64,000 nucleotides of DNA, from IMG/VR virus record IMGVR_UViG_3300028048_000055, positions 64,001 through 128,000 of that record; one strand, written 5' to 3'. Positions 27,758 to 36,796 of the stretch are shown piece by piece. A program made the translations under genes and the position numbers. The notes below the pieces were generated by a model. That model searched no databases. It worked only from the letters and a program-made list of their open reading frames with translations, and had not been told where the DNA came from. This stretch comes from a virus (taxonomy: Duplodnaviria; Caudoviricetes). Every line of letters starts with the position of its first letter. The first letter of the stretch is position 1.

Positions 27758-29542
27758 ATGACAAAACTAAAATCATTAATCTTGTGCTTGTTAATGTGTG
27801 TATCAATGGCTTTTGCAGGTCTTGCAGACAATGCTTCAAAGTTCGTTGGTAATATCACTACTAATGGACAAATTCGTTCTGACTTTGGTCAGTATTGGAA
27901 TCAGATTACAGCAGAAAATGAATGTAAGTGGGCTTCAATTGAAGGCACTCGTGGGCGTTATAACTTCACCGGCTGTAAGAACGCTTACAACTGGGCAAAG
28001 CAGAATAATAGCTACTTTAAGTTCCATGCATTGCTTTGGGGTTCACAATATCCGAACTGGCTTGAAGGATTGAGCGTTGATGACACGAAGACAGCTATTA
28101 TGAACTGGTTTGATGCAGTCAAGAAGGAATTCCCAGACATTGACATGATTGACGTTGTTAATGAAGCTATCCGAACTGGCAATAATCAGTACCATTCCAA
28201 CTACCCGAAGACAAAGATCATTGAAGCAATGGGCGGAGATAATGGCAACTATACATTCATTGTCAATGCGTTTAAGGAAGCAAGAAAGAGATGGCCAAAT
28301 GCAGTCTTGATTTATAATGACTATAATACAGTTCAGTGGCAGAAGAATGAAGGTATTGATTTAATTAATAAGATTAAGCAGGGTGGTGCTCCGGTTGACG
28401 CATATGGTCTTCAGGCTCATGACATGCAAGTTGGCGGTGGTGGAAACAACGGAACTGGTGCTAATGGTTCTTGTTTGCCTCTAAGTCAGTTGAAGTCAGC
28501 GATTGAAGAAATTTGGACTAAGACACAGACACCAATGTTCATTTCAGAGTATGACATTGCGACAACTGATGACAATGACCAGAAGAATTGCTATTCTCAG
28601 CAGATTTCTTACTTCATGGAAAATGAACATATTGCTGGTATTACTATTTGGGGTTATATCTATGGTTCTACTTGGACAAGCGGTGGTAACTCTGGCATTA
28701 TCAGAAATGGTCAAGATAGACCTGCAATGACTTGGCTTAAGGAATATTTGCCTTCTCATCCAGGTAACAATACAACAGGATTGCTTGGAAGTATAGCAGT
28801 TGAGCCTGAACCACAGAAACCGTTTAAGGGTAAGGCATTTGATTTGACCTCTCCTATTGAAGCAGAAGATTTCGATATTCCTGGTAAGGGTAGAAATGAA
28901 GACGGAACAAATAATAATTCCTATTCTGCAAGTGGTTCTTGCGATGATACTTGGAATACAACATATCGTGAAGGAACAACTGTTAGTATTGGCGAAAAGA
29001 ATGGTGGTTTAGTTATTGGTTGTAATCCTACTGGAAACTATTATGAATATACAATTAAGGTTCCAGAAGCTGGTAATTATATCGTATATGTTACTGTAGC
29101 TGCAGATGGTGAAGGCGCAGTTGTCTTCAAGAATGGTGATAAGGTAATTTCTGATACTATTAATTATTCTGGTGATTCTTGGACTAAGTTTGAAACAGCT
29201 AAGGGTCATGTAACATTTGATGCTCCTGGCGAACAGATTTTAACACTTGAAATCGCTAAGGGTTATATCGATGTCGATAAGTTCGAATTTATGGTAACAG
29301 ATTGTGCTCCAGGTGATGTAACTTGCGGTGGTCCGTCTATTGACTGTGATGCACATCCTGATGCTCCAGGTTGTGATATTGTAAGCTTTATGCCGATTAG
29401 ACAAGAACCTGTATTGCAGCATTTTAAGATTTTTGACCTTAATGGTAATTATCTTGGATTGGTAAGCGGCTATAGTAAGACTGGTGCAGCAAATGTAGTT
29501 GCAAATAAGTTACATACTCGTGTAATTTTGATTAAAAAGTAA
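27758..29542 (+). CDS. Secreted endo-1,4-beta-xylanase: signal peptide, GH10, CBM6-like module and Fibrobacter-type C-terminal domain
   Basis: QITAENECKW, FHALLWGSQ, DVVNE (acid/base), YNDYN, GLQAH, ISEYD (nucleophile); IEAEDFD CBM start; KIFDLNGN tail. Confidence 0.93.
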   Translation: MTKLKSLILCLLMCVSMAFAGLADNASKFVGNITTNGQIRSDFGQYWNQITAENECKWASIEGTRGRYNFTGCKNAYNWAKQNNSYFKFHALLWGSQYPNWLEGLSVDDTKTAIMNWFDAVKKEFPDIDMIDVVNEAIRTGNNQYHSNYPKTKIIEAMGGDNGNYTFIVNAFKEARKRWPNAVLIYNDYNTVQWQKNEGIDLINKIKQGGAPVDAYGLQAHDMQVGGGGNNGTGANGSCLPLSQLKSAIEEIWTKTQTPMFISEYDIATTDDNDQKNCYSQQISYFMENEHIAGITIWGYIYGSTWTSGGNSGIIRNGQDRPAMTWLKEYLPSHPGNNTTGLLGSIAVEPEPQKPFKGKAFDLTSPIEAEDFDIPGKGRNEDGTNNNSYSASGSCDDTWNTTYREGTTVSIGEKNGGLVIGCNPTGNYYEYTIKVPEAGNYIVYVTVAADGEGAVVFKNGDKVISDTINYSGDSWTKFETAKGHVTFDAPGEQILTLEIAKGYIDVDKFEFMVTDCAPGDVTCGGPSIDCDAHPDAPGCDIVSFMPIRQEPVLQHFKIFDLNGNYLGLVSGYSKTGAANVVANKLHTRVILIKK

Positions 29543-29562
29543 TTATAGATTATATAAAAAAT

Positions 29563-29594
29563 AAAAAGGCGGATTTTTTAATCCGTCTTTTTTA
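29563..29594 (+). terminator. Intrinsic terminator
   Basis: AAAAAGGCGGATT/AATCCGTCTTTTT. Confidence 0.8.
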
Positions 29595-29637
29595 TTAATC
29601 ATTTTTATATCCAATAATTATTTATAAGTCAAATATA

Positions 29638-29666
29638 TTTACAAATTAAACATTTTTTACTATATT
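29638..29666 (+). promoter_or_regulatory. Sigma70-like promoter heading the 29.7-36.8 kb gene run
   Basis: TTTACA-N17-TATATT. Confidence 0.8.
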
Positions 29667-29870
29667 TTATTAAAAAGGATTGTTATATATGTTTGGATTT
29701 TTGAAAAAGATTTTTCCGGGTATGCCTGATATAGAAGAATGTGTACCACATCTTGTTAAACAGTCGGAAAAATATGATATCAAGAATATTCCATCAAAGG
29801 AAGAAATTGAAAAGTTTGTCGAATGCTTAGAACAAGATTCTAAGACAGGAGAAGTAGAAGAGGAATAAAA

Positions 29871-30143
29871 ATGAAAAAGTTAGCTATTATTTTAGTACTT
29901 ATGGCAAGTTTTGTATTTGCCGATGTCAAGTCTGATTTCACTTATGAAGTTGAAAATCGCGGTTGTCAACTTACAACTTGGATTGAAAACGATTTCGAGA
30001 GTGGAGTCGAATGGAAGTATTATGCAAAGTTTACTTGCACCGGTAAAGTAAAGCTTCCAGCAAAGATTTATGAACTTCAGTTCCTTGATGTTTCATATAA
30101 TCTTAAGGGCGAGCAAGTATTTACTTATGGAGTTGAAAAGTGA
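29871..30143 (+). CDS. Small secreted protein
   Basis: MKKLAIILVLMASFVFA signal peptide. Confidence 0.75.
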   Translation: MKKLAIILVLMASFVFADVKSDFTYEVENRGCQLTTWIENDFESGVEWKYYAKFTCTGKVKLPAKIYELQFLDVSYNLKGEQVFTYGVEK

Positions 30144-30255
30144 GTTTAAATAAATGTCTTAAATTTTTTGTCGCTGGTGCTTTAGGTGCTTTAACTGGTG
30201 TACTAGGAATGCCTCTTTGGACTGCATTCTTAGTTGGTATTATGGTTGGTATTTT

Positions 30256-30468
30256 ATGGCCGGAAGGTTAATAGGAAAGCAAGATCCAGAAACTTGTGAG
30301 TTCTGTCATTTTGAAGGTTCAGAAGGTCCTAATATCGATTATGATGGTCTTGCCACTGACAGGTTTCATTTATATAATGCTGCACCTGGAAGATGGTTTA
30401 TAGAATGTTATGCTGACCAGAGTTCTAGGATTTTTTGCTGTCCTATGTGCGGGAGAGATTTACCATGA
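30256..30468 (+). CDS. Small zinc-ribbon protein
   Basis: CEFC...CPMCGR; probable start ATG 30256. Confidence 0.65.
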   Translation: MAGRLIGKQDPETCEFCHFEGSEGPNIDYDGLATDRFHLYNAAPGRWFIECYADQSSRIFCCPMCGRDLP

Positions 30469-30734
30469 TACTTTATTATCTTGAAAATAAAGCGAAAACA
30501 AAATATGATAAGTATTATCGTAATGGTGCCGATTGTGGTGGCGAGCATTATGATGGAACACCTGATTTAATTTATGCACGTTTCTTTCTTGACGAAGAAA
30601 CTGCGAAGAAGCATATTAAGCGTGCTAATAACTAGTGGACTAAATATGACTTTGAAGTAAAGTCTATTGAGTTTGAAGATTTAATTAAACAAGAGAAGAA
30701 ATTAAAAACATTTTTTATAGATATTGAGGGCTAA
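30465..30734 (+). pseudogene. ORF interrupted by in-frame TAG (30633-30635)
   Basis: Frame continues after the TAG to TAA 30732-30734, adjacent to the Thg1 start. Confidence 0.5.
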
Positions 30735-30735
30735 A

Positions 30736-31542
30736 ATGATTGATAAAATGGGTGATAGACTTAAGTATTTAGAGGGTATAGAAGCAGGACGTGTTTTAAT
30801 TCCCCATTTGCCTATCTGTGTCCGTGTTGACGGTCGAGCCTTCCATACATTCACCCGAGGAATGAAACGACCATATGACATAGATATGAGCAATTCTATG
30901 ATAGAAACAATGAAGTATTTGGTCGAGAAGACAAATGCATGTATTGGTTATGTCCAATCAGATGAAATTTCATTGATTCTTTCTGATACTAAAGACCCTA
31001 TGTTTGGCGGTCGTGTTCAGAAACTTACTTCTGTTATTGCTTCTATGGCTACAGCTAAGTTTAATCAGGAAATTCATAAGTATTATCCTAATAAGCCACT
31101 TGCAGAATTCGATTGCCGTGTTTGGGTAGTTCCTAATAGAACTGAAGCAGCTAATACTATTCTTTGGAGAGAATATGATGCTATAAAGAACAGTATCTCT
31201 ATGGCAGCACGTGCATATTATTCTGATAAGCAATGCCTTGGTAAGAACAGTGACCAAAAGAAAGAAATGCTTAAGGAAAAAGATGTTGATTGGGATGCTT
31301 ATCCTGGATTCTTCAAGAGAGGAACTTATGCTCGTAGGATTACTACTCAACGTAAGTTGACCGTTGAAGAGATTAGTAAACTTCCGGAGCGTCATAATGC
31401 TAGACAGAATCCTGACTTGCTTGTAACTAGGTCAGAAATTAAGGTTATTGATAATATGCCTTATTTTGAATATATTACAAACAGAGAAGCATTTATTTTT
31501 GACAATGCGGAACCAGAATTACCGGAATTTATTTTGGAATAA
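30736..31542 (+). CDS. thg1: tRNA(His) guanylyltransferase Thg1-like protein (3'-5' polymerase)
   Basis: RVDGRAFHTFT, YVQSDEIS, GRVQKL, FDCR, WREYDAIKNS, FKRG. Confidence 0.95.
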   Translation: MIDKMGDRLKYLEGIEAGRVLIPHLPICVRVDGRAFHTFTRGMKRPYDIDMSNSMIETMKYLVEKTNACIGYVQSDEISLILSDTKDPMFGGRVQKLTSVIASMATAKFNQEIHKYYPNKPLAEFDCRVWVVPNRTEAANTILWREYDAIKNSISMAARAYYSDKQCLGKNSDQKKEMLKEKDVDWDAYPGFFKRGTYARRITTQRKLTVEEISKLPERHNARQNPDLLVTRSEIKVIDNMPYFEYITNREAFIFDNAEPELPEFILE

Positions 31543-31546
31543 TATA

Positions 31547-31852
31547 ATGAATAATATGATACCATCTGAAGCATTAGCTGATGTCTTTGATTTTGTTGCT
31601 TTATTTGCTAGACATGAGTTTTTTACAAAAGAACTTTATAAGCAAGTAGAGTGTGACGTAGATACAAGAGATAAAGCAGAAGTATTTATTGCATTTTTAT
31701 GTAATATGCTTTATGCTAGAGGAATTTATGTTACACCGTGTGGCAGTGCATGGTTCCATGTTTGGGACGACAGTAAAATGTGTGAAACTTATCGTGAAAT
31801 GTGGATGCCTGTTTATCAAGCATATACTGATTGGCAACTTAAACAGAGGTAG
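31547..31852 (+). CDS. Hypothetical protein
   Basis: Probable start ATG 31547. Confidence 0.65.
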   Translation: MNNMIPSEALADVFDFVALFARHEFFTKELYKQVECDVDTRDKAEVFIAFLCNMLYARGIYVTPCGSAWFHVWDDSKMCETYREMWMPVYQAYTDWQLKQR

Positions 31853-31985
31853 TAATGGAATTGCTAGAAGTTATTGGGGATTTTGTAGTTAGCTTTTTTG
31901 AAGCATTTTTCTTATTTACAGACCCTGATATTAAGGATAAAAAGAAAAATATTAAAAATGTCAGTAATGAAAAGGAGTCTGAATA

Positions 31986-32258
31986 ATGGTTAGAATTAAA
32001 ATGAATATAAAGCCTGGAAAGAAGGCAGAATTTGTACTTATCGATGATTCAGAAGTAACACCTGGACTTTCTGAACAATATACTCGATTTACACAGAATA
32101 AGGCTAACTTTGAACAAGCATGGAATAATACAGTCAGTTATAGTGAAGACTTAGCTGCAAAGACATTAGGTCATTGTCTTTATTCATGCGGTTTTAAAAT
32201 CGTTGATATTGATCCAGAGACACGAACTATAACATTGGATGTGATTAAAGATGAATGA
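31986..32258 (+). CDS. Hypothetical protein; N-terminus resembles the tail-sheath C-terminal strand
   Basis: IKMNIKPGKKAEFV versus sheath-type I.IKP....EF. Confidence 0.55.
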   Translation: MVRIKMNIKPGKKAEFVLIDDSEVTPGLSEQYTRFTQNKANFEQAWNNTVSYSEDLAAKTLGHCLYSCGFKIVDIDPETRTITLDVIKDE

Positions 32259-32408
32259 GATGGAAGTAGAATTTGAAGTATGTGATGGTGAACCTGAAAC
32301 ATTTAAGTTACCAGACGAACTGATTGAATTGTGTGAAATGGTTTATAAATGTGGGCAAGCAAATGTTGATTGTCATGTAAATGGCTATTATATTTCTGGG
32401 AATTAATT

Positions 32409-32819
32409 ATGGAACATTCTTTTACTTATGGCGGGATTCGCCTCAAGAAATTTTTTGATTGCAATAAGTATGGTAACTATGCCGGATTTGCAGAAGATAT
32501 TGAGAAAAGAATCAATATGTTTTTAAATTCTGTCAATGAAGCGGTTGACGAACATGGAAATATTTACTATCATTGTAATAAGTGTCATGCATGGAAACCG
32601 GTTTCTGAAATGTGTGATTTTGTTTATTTGACATATCCTGCACAATATGAATGTAAAGAATGTCATGAAGCAATTAATCAAACAATAAATCCAGAACCAG
32701 AAACTATTAAATGTTATATAGATCAATGTGTAACAGATGATAATAGTGTTCTATGCGGATATAAAGGTAAAACAAAGCTAGAATCTGGTGTAATTTATAT
32801 AAACAAAAATAAGGAGTAA
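32409..32819 (+). CDS. Zinc-finger protein ending in a T4 gp23-like major-capsid segment
   Basis: CNKC..CKEC; C-terminal KCYIDQ..VLCGYKG..ESGVIY. Confidence 0.6.
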   Translation: MEHSFTYGGIRLKKFFDCNKYGNYAGFAEDIEKRINMFLNSVNEAVDEHGNIYYHCNKCHAWKPVSEMCDFVYLTYPAQYECKECHEAINQTINPEPETIKCYIDQCVTDDNSVLCGYKGKTKLESGVIYINKNKE

Positions 32820-32822
32820 AAA

Positions 32823-33026
32823 ATGAAGTTCAAGGTAACATACACTGCTGTCAGAGAATTTGAAATTCCTGAAAATGCAACTGATGAAGAATACGATGCA
32901 ATGAAGGGCATTATCGTCGCCGCAATTGATGCGACAACTGTAACGCCGAACGATGTCAAGGTTGAAAGACTTGACGTTCCTGCAGAACCTCTTCCGGAAT
33001 ATAAAGTTAATAAGGATTGTGACTAA
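32823..33026 (+). CDS. Hypothetical protein
   Basis: AAGGAG RBS. Confidence 0.7.
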   Translation: MKFKVTYTAVREFEIPENATDEEYDAMKGIIVAAIDATTVTPNDVKVERLDVPAEPLPEYKVNKDCD

Positions 33027-33559
33027 TGACAATTACAGAAAAACACATTTTATTTTGGAGTGATTGGCCGAGCAATTTTGCTTGGGCTCCGATGAAGCTT
33101 AAGTGCTCTGATGATATTACCAGAGTTTTCTTTAGTTCTGAACAGTATTACATGCTCGAAAAGGCAATGTATTTTAATGATCTTACCATTGCTGATGCTA
33201 TTCTTCATCTTAAGTTTGATGATGAATATTCATATAATGCCAAGAAGCTCGGTCGTCGTGTAGCAAATTTTAACCAAGATAAGTGGAATGCAGTTTCTTA
33301 TGACATTATGCTTCGTGGTTGTCTTGCTAAGTATAGTCAGAATAAAATTCTGTTTGACAAGATTACTGACCCTGCTCTTAATGGTAAGAAGTTTGTAGAA
33401 GCTTCTCCTTATGATAAGATTTGGGGAATTGGCCTTGGTGAAGGTGATCCGCTCGCTGATGATGAATCTAACTGGCTTGGTGAAAATCGTCTTGGTAAGG
33501 TTCTTGACGAAGTTCGTCAGAAGTTGTTAGATGGCTATAAGGAAGAAATCAAGTATTAA
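33026..33559 (+). CDS. NADAR family (YbiA/DUF1768) ADP-ribosyl/N-glycosidase
   Basis: SNF, SSEQYYM.EKA, AKKLGR.V, KYSQN, VEASPYDKIWGIG, GENRLG. Confidence 0.95.
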   Translation: MTITEKHILFWSDWPSNFAWAPMKLKCSDDITRVFFSSEQYYMLEKAMYFNDLTIADAILHLKFDDEYSYNAKKLGRRVANFNQDKWNAVSYDIMLRGCLAKYSQNKILFDKITDPALNGKKFVEASPYDKIWGIGLGEGDPLADDESNWLGENRLGKVLDEVRQKLLDGYKEEIKY

Positions 33560-33561
33560 TT

Positions 33562-34032
33562 ATGATTGAATTTAAAGAAGAATATACTGATGAAATTCCC
33601 TATTCCATGGGGCGTTCTCAACTGACACAGAATCAGATTTGGGAAACTGAAGATCATGGTGGTTTTAAGAAAGTCATCATGAATGCGACAGTTACAAATC
33701 TTGAAAGATTTACAAAAGAATCTGTTAAGTCAGCTATTGCAGATTATCAAAAGCTAATCGACTCTAAACAAGCTATTGCTGTATTTAATCTCGGTTCAAA
33801 TTATGAAATTCCAATGTCTGAAATGTATGGAAGAGTAACTAAGGTTAATTTGCGAGAAAATAATCTTCTTGATGTTGAGATTGTTTTATTTGATACTCCT
33901 AATGGTAATATAGCTTATAGTGTATTAAAAGATACTTTTGGTGAAAATATTTATTTATCTGCAGAAGGGCTTTCTCTTAGTCTTCCTGGTGGTAGTAAAT
34001 TAACGCATCTTTTAAATTTTAAAATTATGTAA
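33562..34032 (+). CDS. Degenerate T4 gp21-like prohead protease paralog (probably inactive)
   Basis: MNATVTN..AIADY..KQAIAVFN and FDTPNGNI align with gp21; ELNHP histidine absent. Confidence 0.65.
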   Translation: MIEFKEEYTDEIPYSMGRSQLTQNQIWETEDHGGFKKVIMNATVTNLERFTKESVKSAIADYQKLIDSKQAIAVFNLGSNYEIPMSEMYGRVTKVNLRENNLLDVEIVLFDTPNGNIAYSVLKDTFGENIYLSAEGLSLSLPGGSKLTHLLNFKIM

Positions 34033-34040
34033 GGATTATT

Positions 34041-34334
34041 ATGGATAATCAGAATGATGAAGTATTTGCATTAGCAAAAGATGCAATGCTAACATGGGAA
34101 GAAATTTCTAAGGAAAATGAACCATGGTTTAAAGAAAAGGTAGTATTCCATTTGCCGCAGCCACATATGACTACTAAAGATGGTCTTGAGCTTAATGCTA
34201 TTACATATTTAAAAATTGATGGTCATATTATTCCTCAATATATGCATTTTGATCAGAATAAAGAACATACATTTATTGCGCTTTCACCAAATGTATCAGA
34301 ATATTTTAGAAACTTAATTAAAACGAAGTCTTAA
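34041..34334 (+). CDS. Hypothetical protein
   Basis: AAGGA RBS. Confidence 0.7.
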   Translation: MDNQNDEVFALAKDAMLTWEEISKENEPWFKEKVVFHLPQPHMTTKDGLELNAITYLKIDGHIIPQYMHFDQNKEHTFIALSPNVSEYFRNLIKTKS

Positions 34335-34335
34335 T

Positions 34336-35016
34336 ATGGAAATCACAAGAGAAATAGTCAAGAAGCTTAGAGAAGAAACTGGCACGCCTGGTTTAATGGT
34401 TTGTAAGCAAGCATTACAACAGTTTAATGGTAATTATGAAATGGCTGCAGCTTCTCTTAGAGCACATCGCTGGGCAACTCCATTAAGTGGCGTTGTATGG
34501 ACTGAACCTGATGAGGATAGAGTTGACTATCTTGGACTTGAAGATTTTAGAAGTTTCCATCAGTTCTTTTGGGATTATAGATATCGTTCAAGAATTGAAT
34601 TAAAACTTGATAAAGACGGTAAACCAGATTATAAAGCTTCTGATTGGCCTGAACGAATTTCAGATTATCGTGAACGTGTTCGTAAGGAAGAAGAACTTAA
34701 GGCCAGAGTTGATAGTTGGACTATTCCTACTATAGCTGATATTATTATGTCTAGCGTAAATCAGTTTATTAAAGGTATTAAGTTCGAAGACCAGTTCTTT
34801 ATATATAAGTTTACTAAACAGTATGCAAATGCTTCTGGTATATCATATTATAAGTATATAGTTGATCCAGTTCCACACGCTGATGAAAATAAGTATTTTG
34901 TTACTCTTAAGTTTCCAATGAAAGATTATATGGATTGGAATAAGATTTCATTTGATGGAACAAATTATACTTTTAATAATAAGTCTGTAAGTTTAGAAGC
35001 TTTAAAGGGAGAATAA
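34336..35016 (+). CDS. Protein with N-terminal EF-Ts-like (UBA) domain fused to an unknown domain
   Basis: MEITREIVKKLREETG..LMVCKQAL..NGNYEMA..LR. Confidence 0.7.
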   Translation: MEITREIVKKLREETGTPGLMVCKQALQQFNGNYEMAAASLRAHRWATPLSGVVWTEPDEDRVDYLGLEDFRSFHQFFWDYRYRSRIELKLDKDGKPDYKASDWPERISDYRERVRKEEELKARVDSWTIPTIADIIMSSVNQFIKGIKFEDQFFIYKFTKQYANASGISYYKYIVDPVPHADENKYFVTLKFPMKDYMDWNKISFDGTNYTFNNKSVSLEALKGE

Positions 35017-35424
35017 ATGGTTACACATCCAGTAAATCCAATGGGTACATTTAGATTTACATATGAAAATGGCATTCCATCAGATGTTGTTTATATGTAT
35101 AAAGTATATTGTTGTACTGATAATATTCCAGCAGAAGAAGATTTTGTTTCTATTTATACACCGGTTGAATATAGAGATATTCCAATGTATGTTTATGCAA
35201 AGGATAATTATATTCAGATAGATGTTAATTTTTCTGAAATGGAAAGACCAGTCTTGACACCAGAGCAGAAGAAAAGAATGGAAGAAGATAAAAAGACTAT
35301 AGCAAGAATTATCGGTGAAACTGATGATTATTATTCTGGTAAGATGTCATTTCCTGAAAGACTTTTGTATAAGTTTAAATTATGGAAAGCAAAATTATTT
35401 AATAAAGATGATTTAGGTTTTTAA
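35017..35424 (+). CDS. Hypothetical protein
   Basis: GGAG RBS. Confidence 0.7.
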   Translation: MVTHPVNPMGTFRFTYENGIPSDVVYMYKVYCCTDNIPAEEDFVSIYTPVEYRDIPMYVYAKDNYIQIDVNFSEMERPVLTPEQKKRMEEDKKTIARIIGETDDYYSGKMSFPERLLYKFKLWKAKLFNKDDLGF

Positions 35425-35434
35425 GGAGAATAAT

Positions 35435-35665
35435 ATGGCGGAAGAAAGAACAGTTATTCAAATTGATACTACTAAAATGACTCCTGCAGAAGCCAAAGAA
35501 TTGATGAATAATTTAAAGAAACAATTTTCTGTAAAGCTTTATTATGACGAAAATACTGGTGAAGTCATTAGAGCTGATAAACTTGGCGAAGGTGTCAAGT
35601 TTGAACATGATTATAAAGATGAAGCTAACGAAGATTTTCTGTTTTTAAAAAATGAATTTAAATAG
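35435..35665 (+). CDS. Stand-alone T4 gp20-like portal clip-region fragment
   Basis: AEERTVIQIDTTKM..KLYYDENTGEV..EDF aligns without gaps to gp20 APDRRVWYVDTGNM..VYDASTGKI..EDY; AAGGAG RBS. Confidence 0.72.
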   Translation: MAEERTVIQIDTTKMTPAEAKELMNNLKKQFSVKLYYDENTGEVIRADKLGEGVKFEHDYKDEANEDFLFLKNEFK

Positions 35666-35674
35666 GATTAATTT

Positions 35675-36339
35675 ATGAACAATACTCAGAAAGACAGATT
35701 TGAAAAGAAGCTTATTCGTTTTATCCGGGAACTTGATACTGAATGGAATAGATATCGGAAGCAAAATAATATAATTATGACATTTGATATGTGGGAAAAA
35801 CATAGAGATAAAGTCTATAAGAAATATGGTTTCACTGATGAAGAATGGAATAAAGCATCACGACTTATTCGTTCTAAATCATGGGCAGGAAAACGTTTAG
35901 AACAAAAGAAAATATTACGTGATAAAAATCGTGATATTTATAGAAGTGATATTGCTGATAATCCAAATGGCGAAGCAGAAATCAAAGCCGAAGACCGTTG
36001 GATTGCTGATGTGTTTGATACATATGATTATGATAAAGAGGATATGAGTAGATAATGACTGATATTCCAAAAAAGAATGAATGGTCAGAATGGTTTGATT
36101 GGCTTAAAGTCAATATCTATGACGAGATTTATGATGTTGTTCCTTGCGGAAACTGGGAAGAAATAGAGATAGAACTTAAATGTAAAGATGGTTCTATTAG
36201 AAAAGCCAGTATGTTTCCAAATGAAGAATATACTGACGATGATTATTGGAAATCATACGAATTACTCGGTGAACATGATTGGAATTGTAAAACAGATAAT
36301 GTCGTTGAATGGAGATATCTAAACGACTGGCAAGACTAA
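35675..36339 (+). CDS. Two hypothetical genes (35675-36055; 36055-36339 DUF551-like end)
   Basis: Coupled ORFs; VVEWRY C-terminus. Confidence 0.65.
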
Positions 36340-36369
36340 AAGAACTTAAAAAGAAAGCTTAGTATAATT

Positions 36370-36768
36370 ATGTATACTGGATATTTTGCAAAACTAAAAT
36401 CTTATGAAGAAGCTGGACTAGTTCCAGTCTCTATTGCTCTAAAGACACCAGATTGGTATCATGGTGCACAGTATAAAAAATTAGCACCTAAGTGGTCATT
36501 TTTTAGTGAATGGAAAAACGGTTCACATAAAGGTGATAATGATTATTATATGCAGCATTTTAAGACTGAAGTTCTTGATAATTTAGATCCAGAACAAGTT
36601 GTTAAAGAACTTGAAGGATTTACAGGTGTATCTCGGGATAGAATAATTTTAATATGTTATGAAAAACCTGGAGACTTTTGTCATCGTCATCTGGTTTCAA
36701 TGTGGTTAACAGTAAATCATATTAATTGTTTTGAACCGTCATATTTAACTCCAGTGGTTGACAAATAA
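36370..36768 (+). CDS. DUF488-family protein
   Basis: YTGYFA, YKKLAP, LICYEKPGDFCHRHLV. Confidence 0.8.
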   Translation: MYTGYFAKLKSYEEAGLVPVSIALKTPDWYHGAQYKKLAPKWSFFSEWKNGSHKGDNDYYMQHFKTEVLDNLDPEQVVKELEGFTGVSRDRIILICYEKPGDFCHRHLVSMWLTVNHINCFEPSYLTPVVDK

Positions 36769-36786
36769 ACTATTTTTTATTATATT
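36758..36786 (+). promoter_or_regulatory. Sigma70-like promoter TTGACA-N17-TATATT
   Basis: Canonical -35 and spacing. Confidence 0.85.
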
Positions 36787-36796
36787 TAATTAAAAT

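Noticed and set aside
21935-29542. Host-genome contamination explaining the transporter and xylanase
   Set aside because: Both are flanked by the same phage-type promoters and terminators and are interleaved with phage genes, although read-level confirmation is still advisable.
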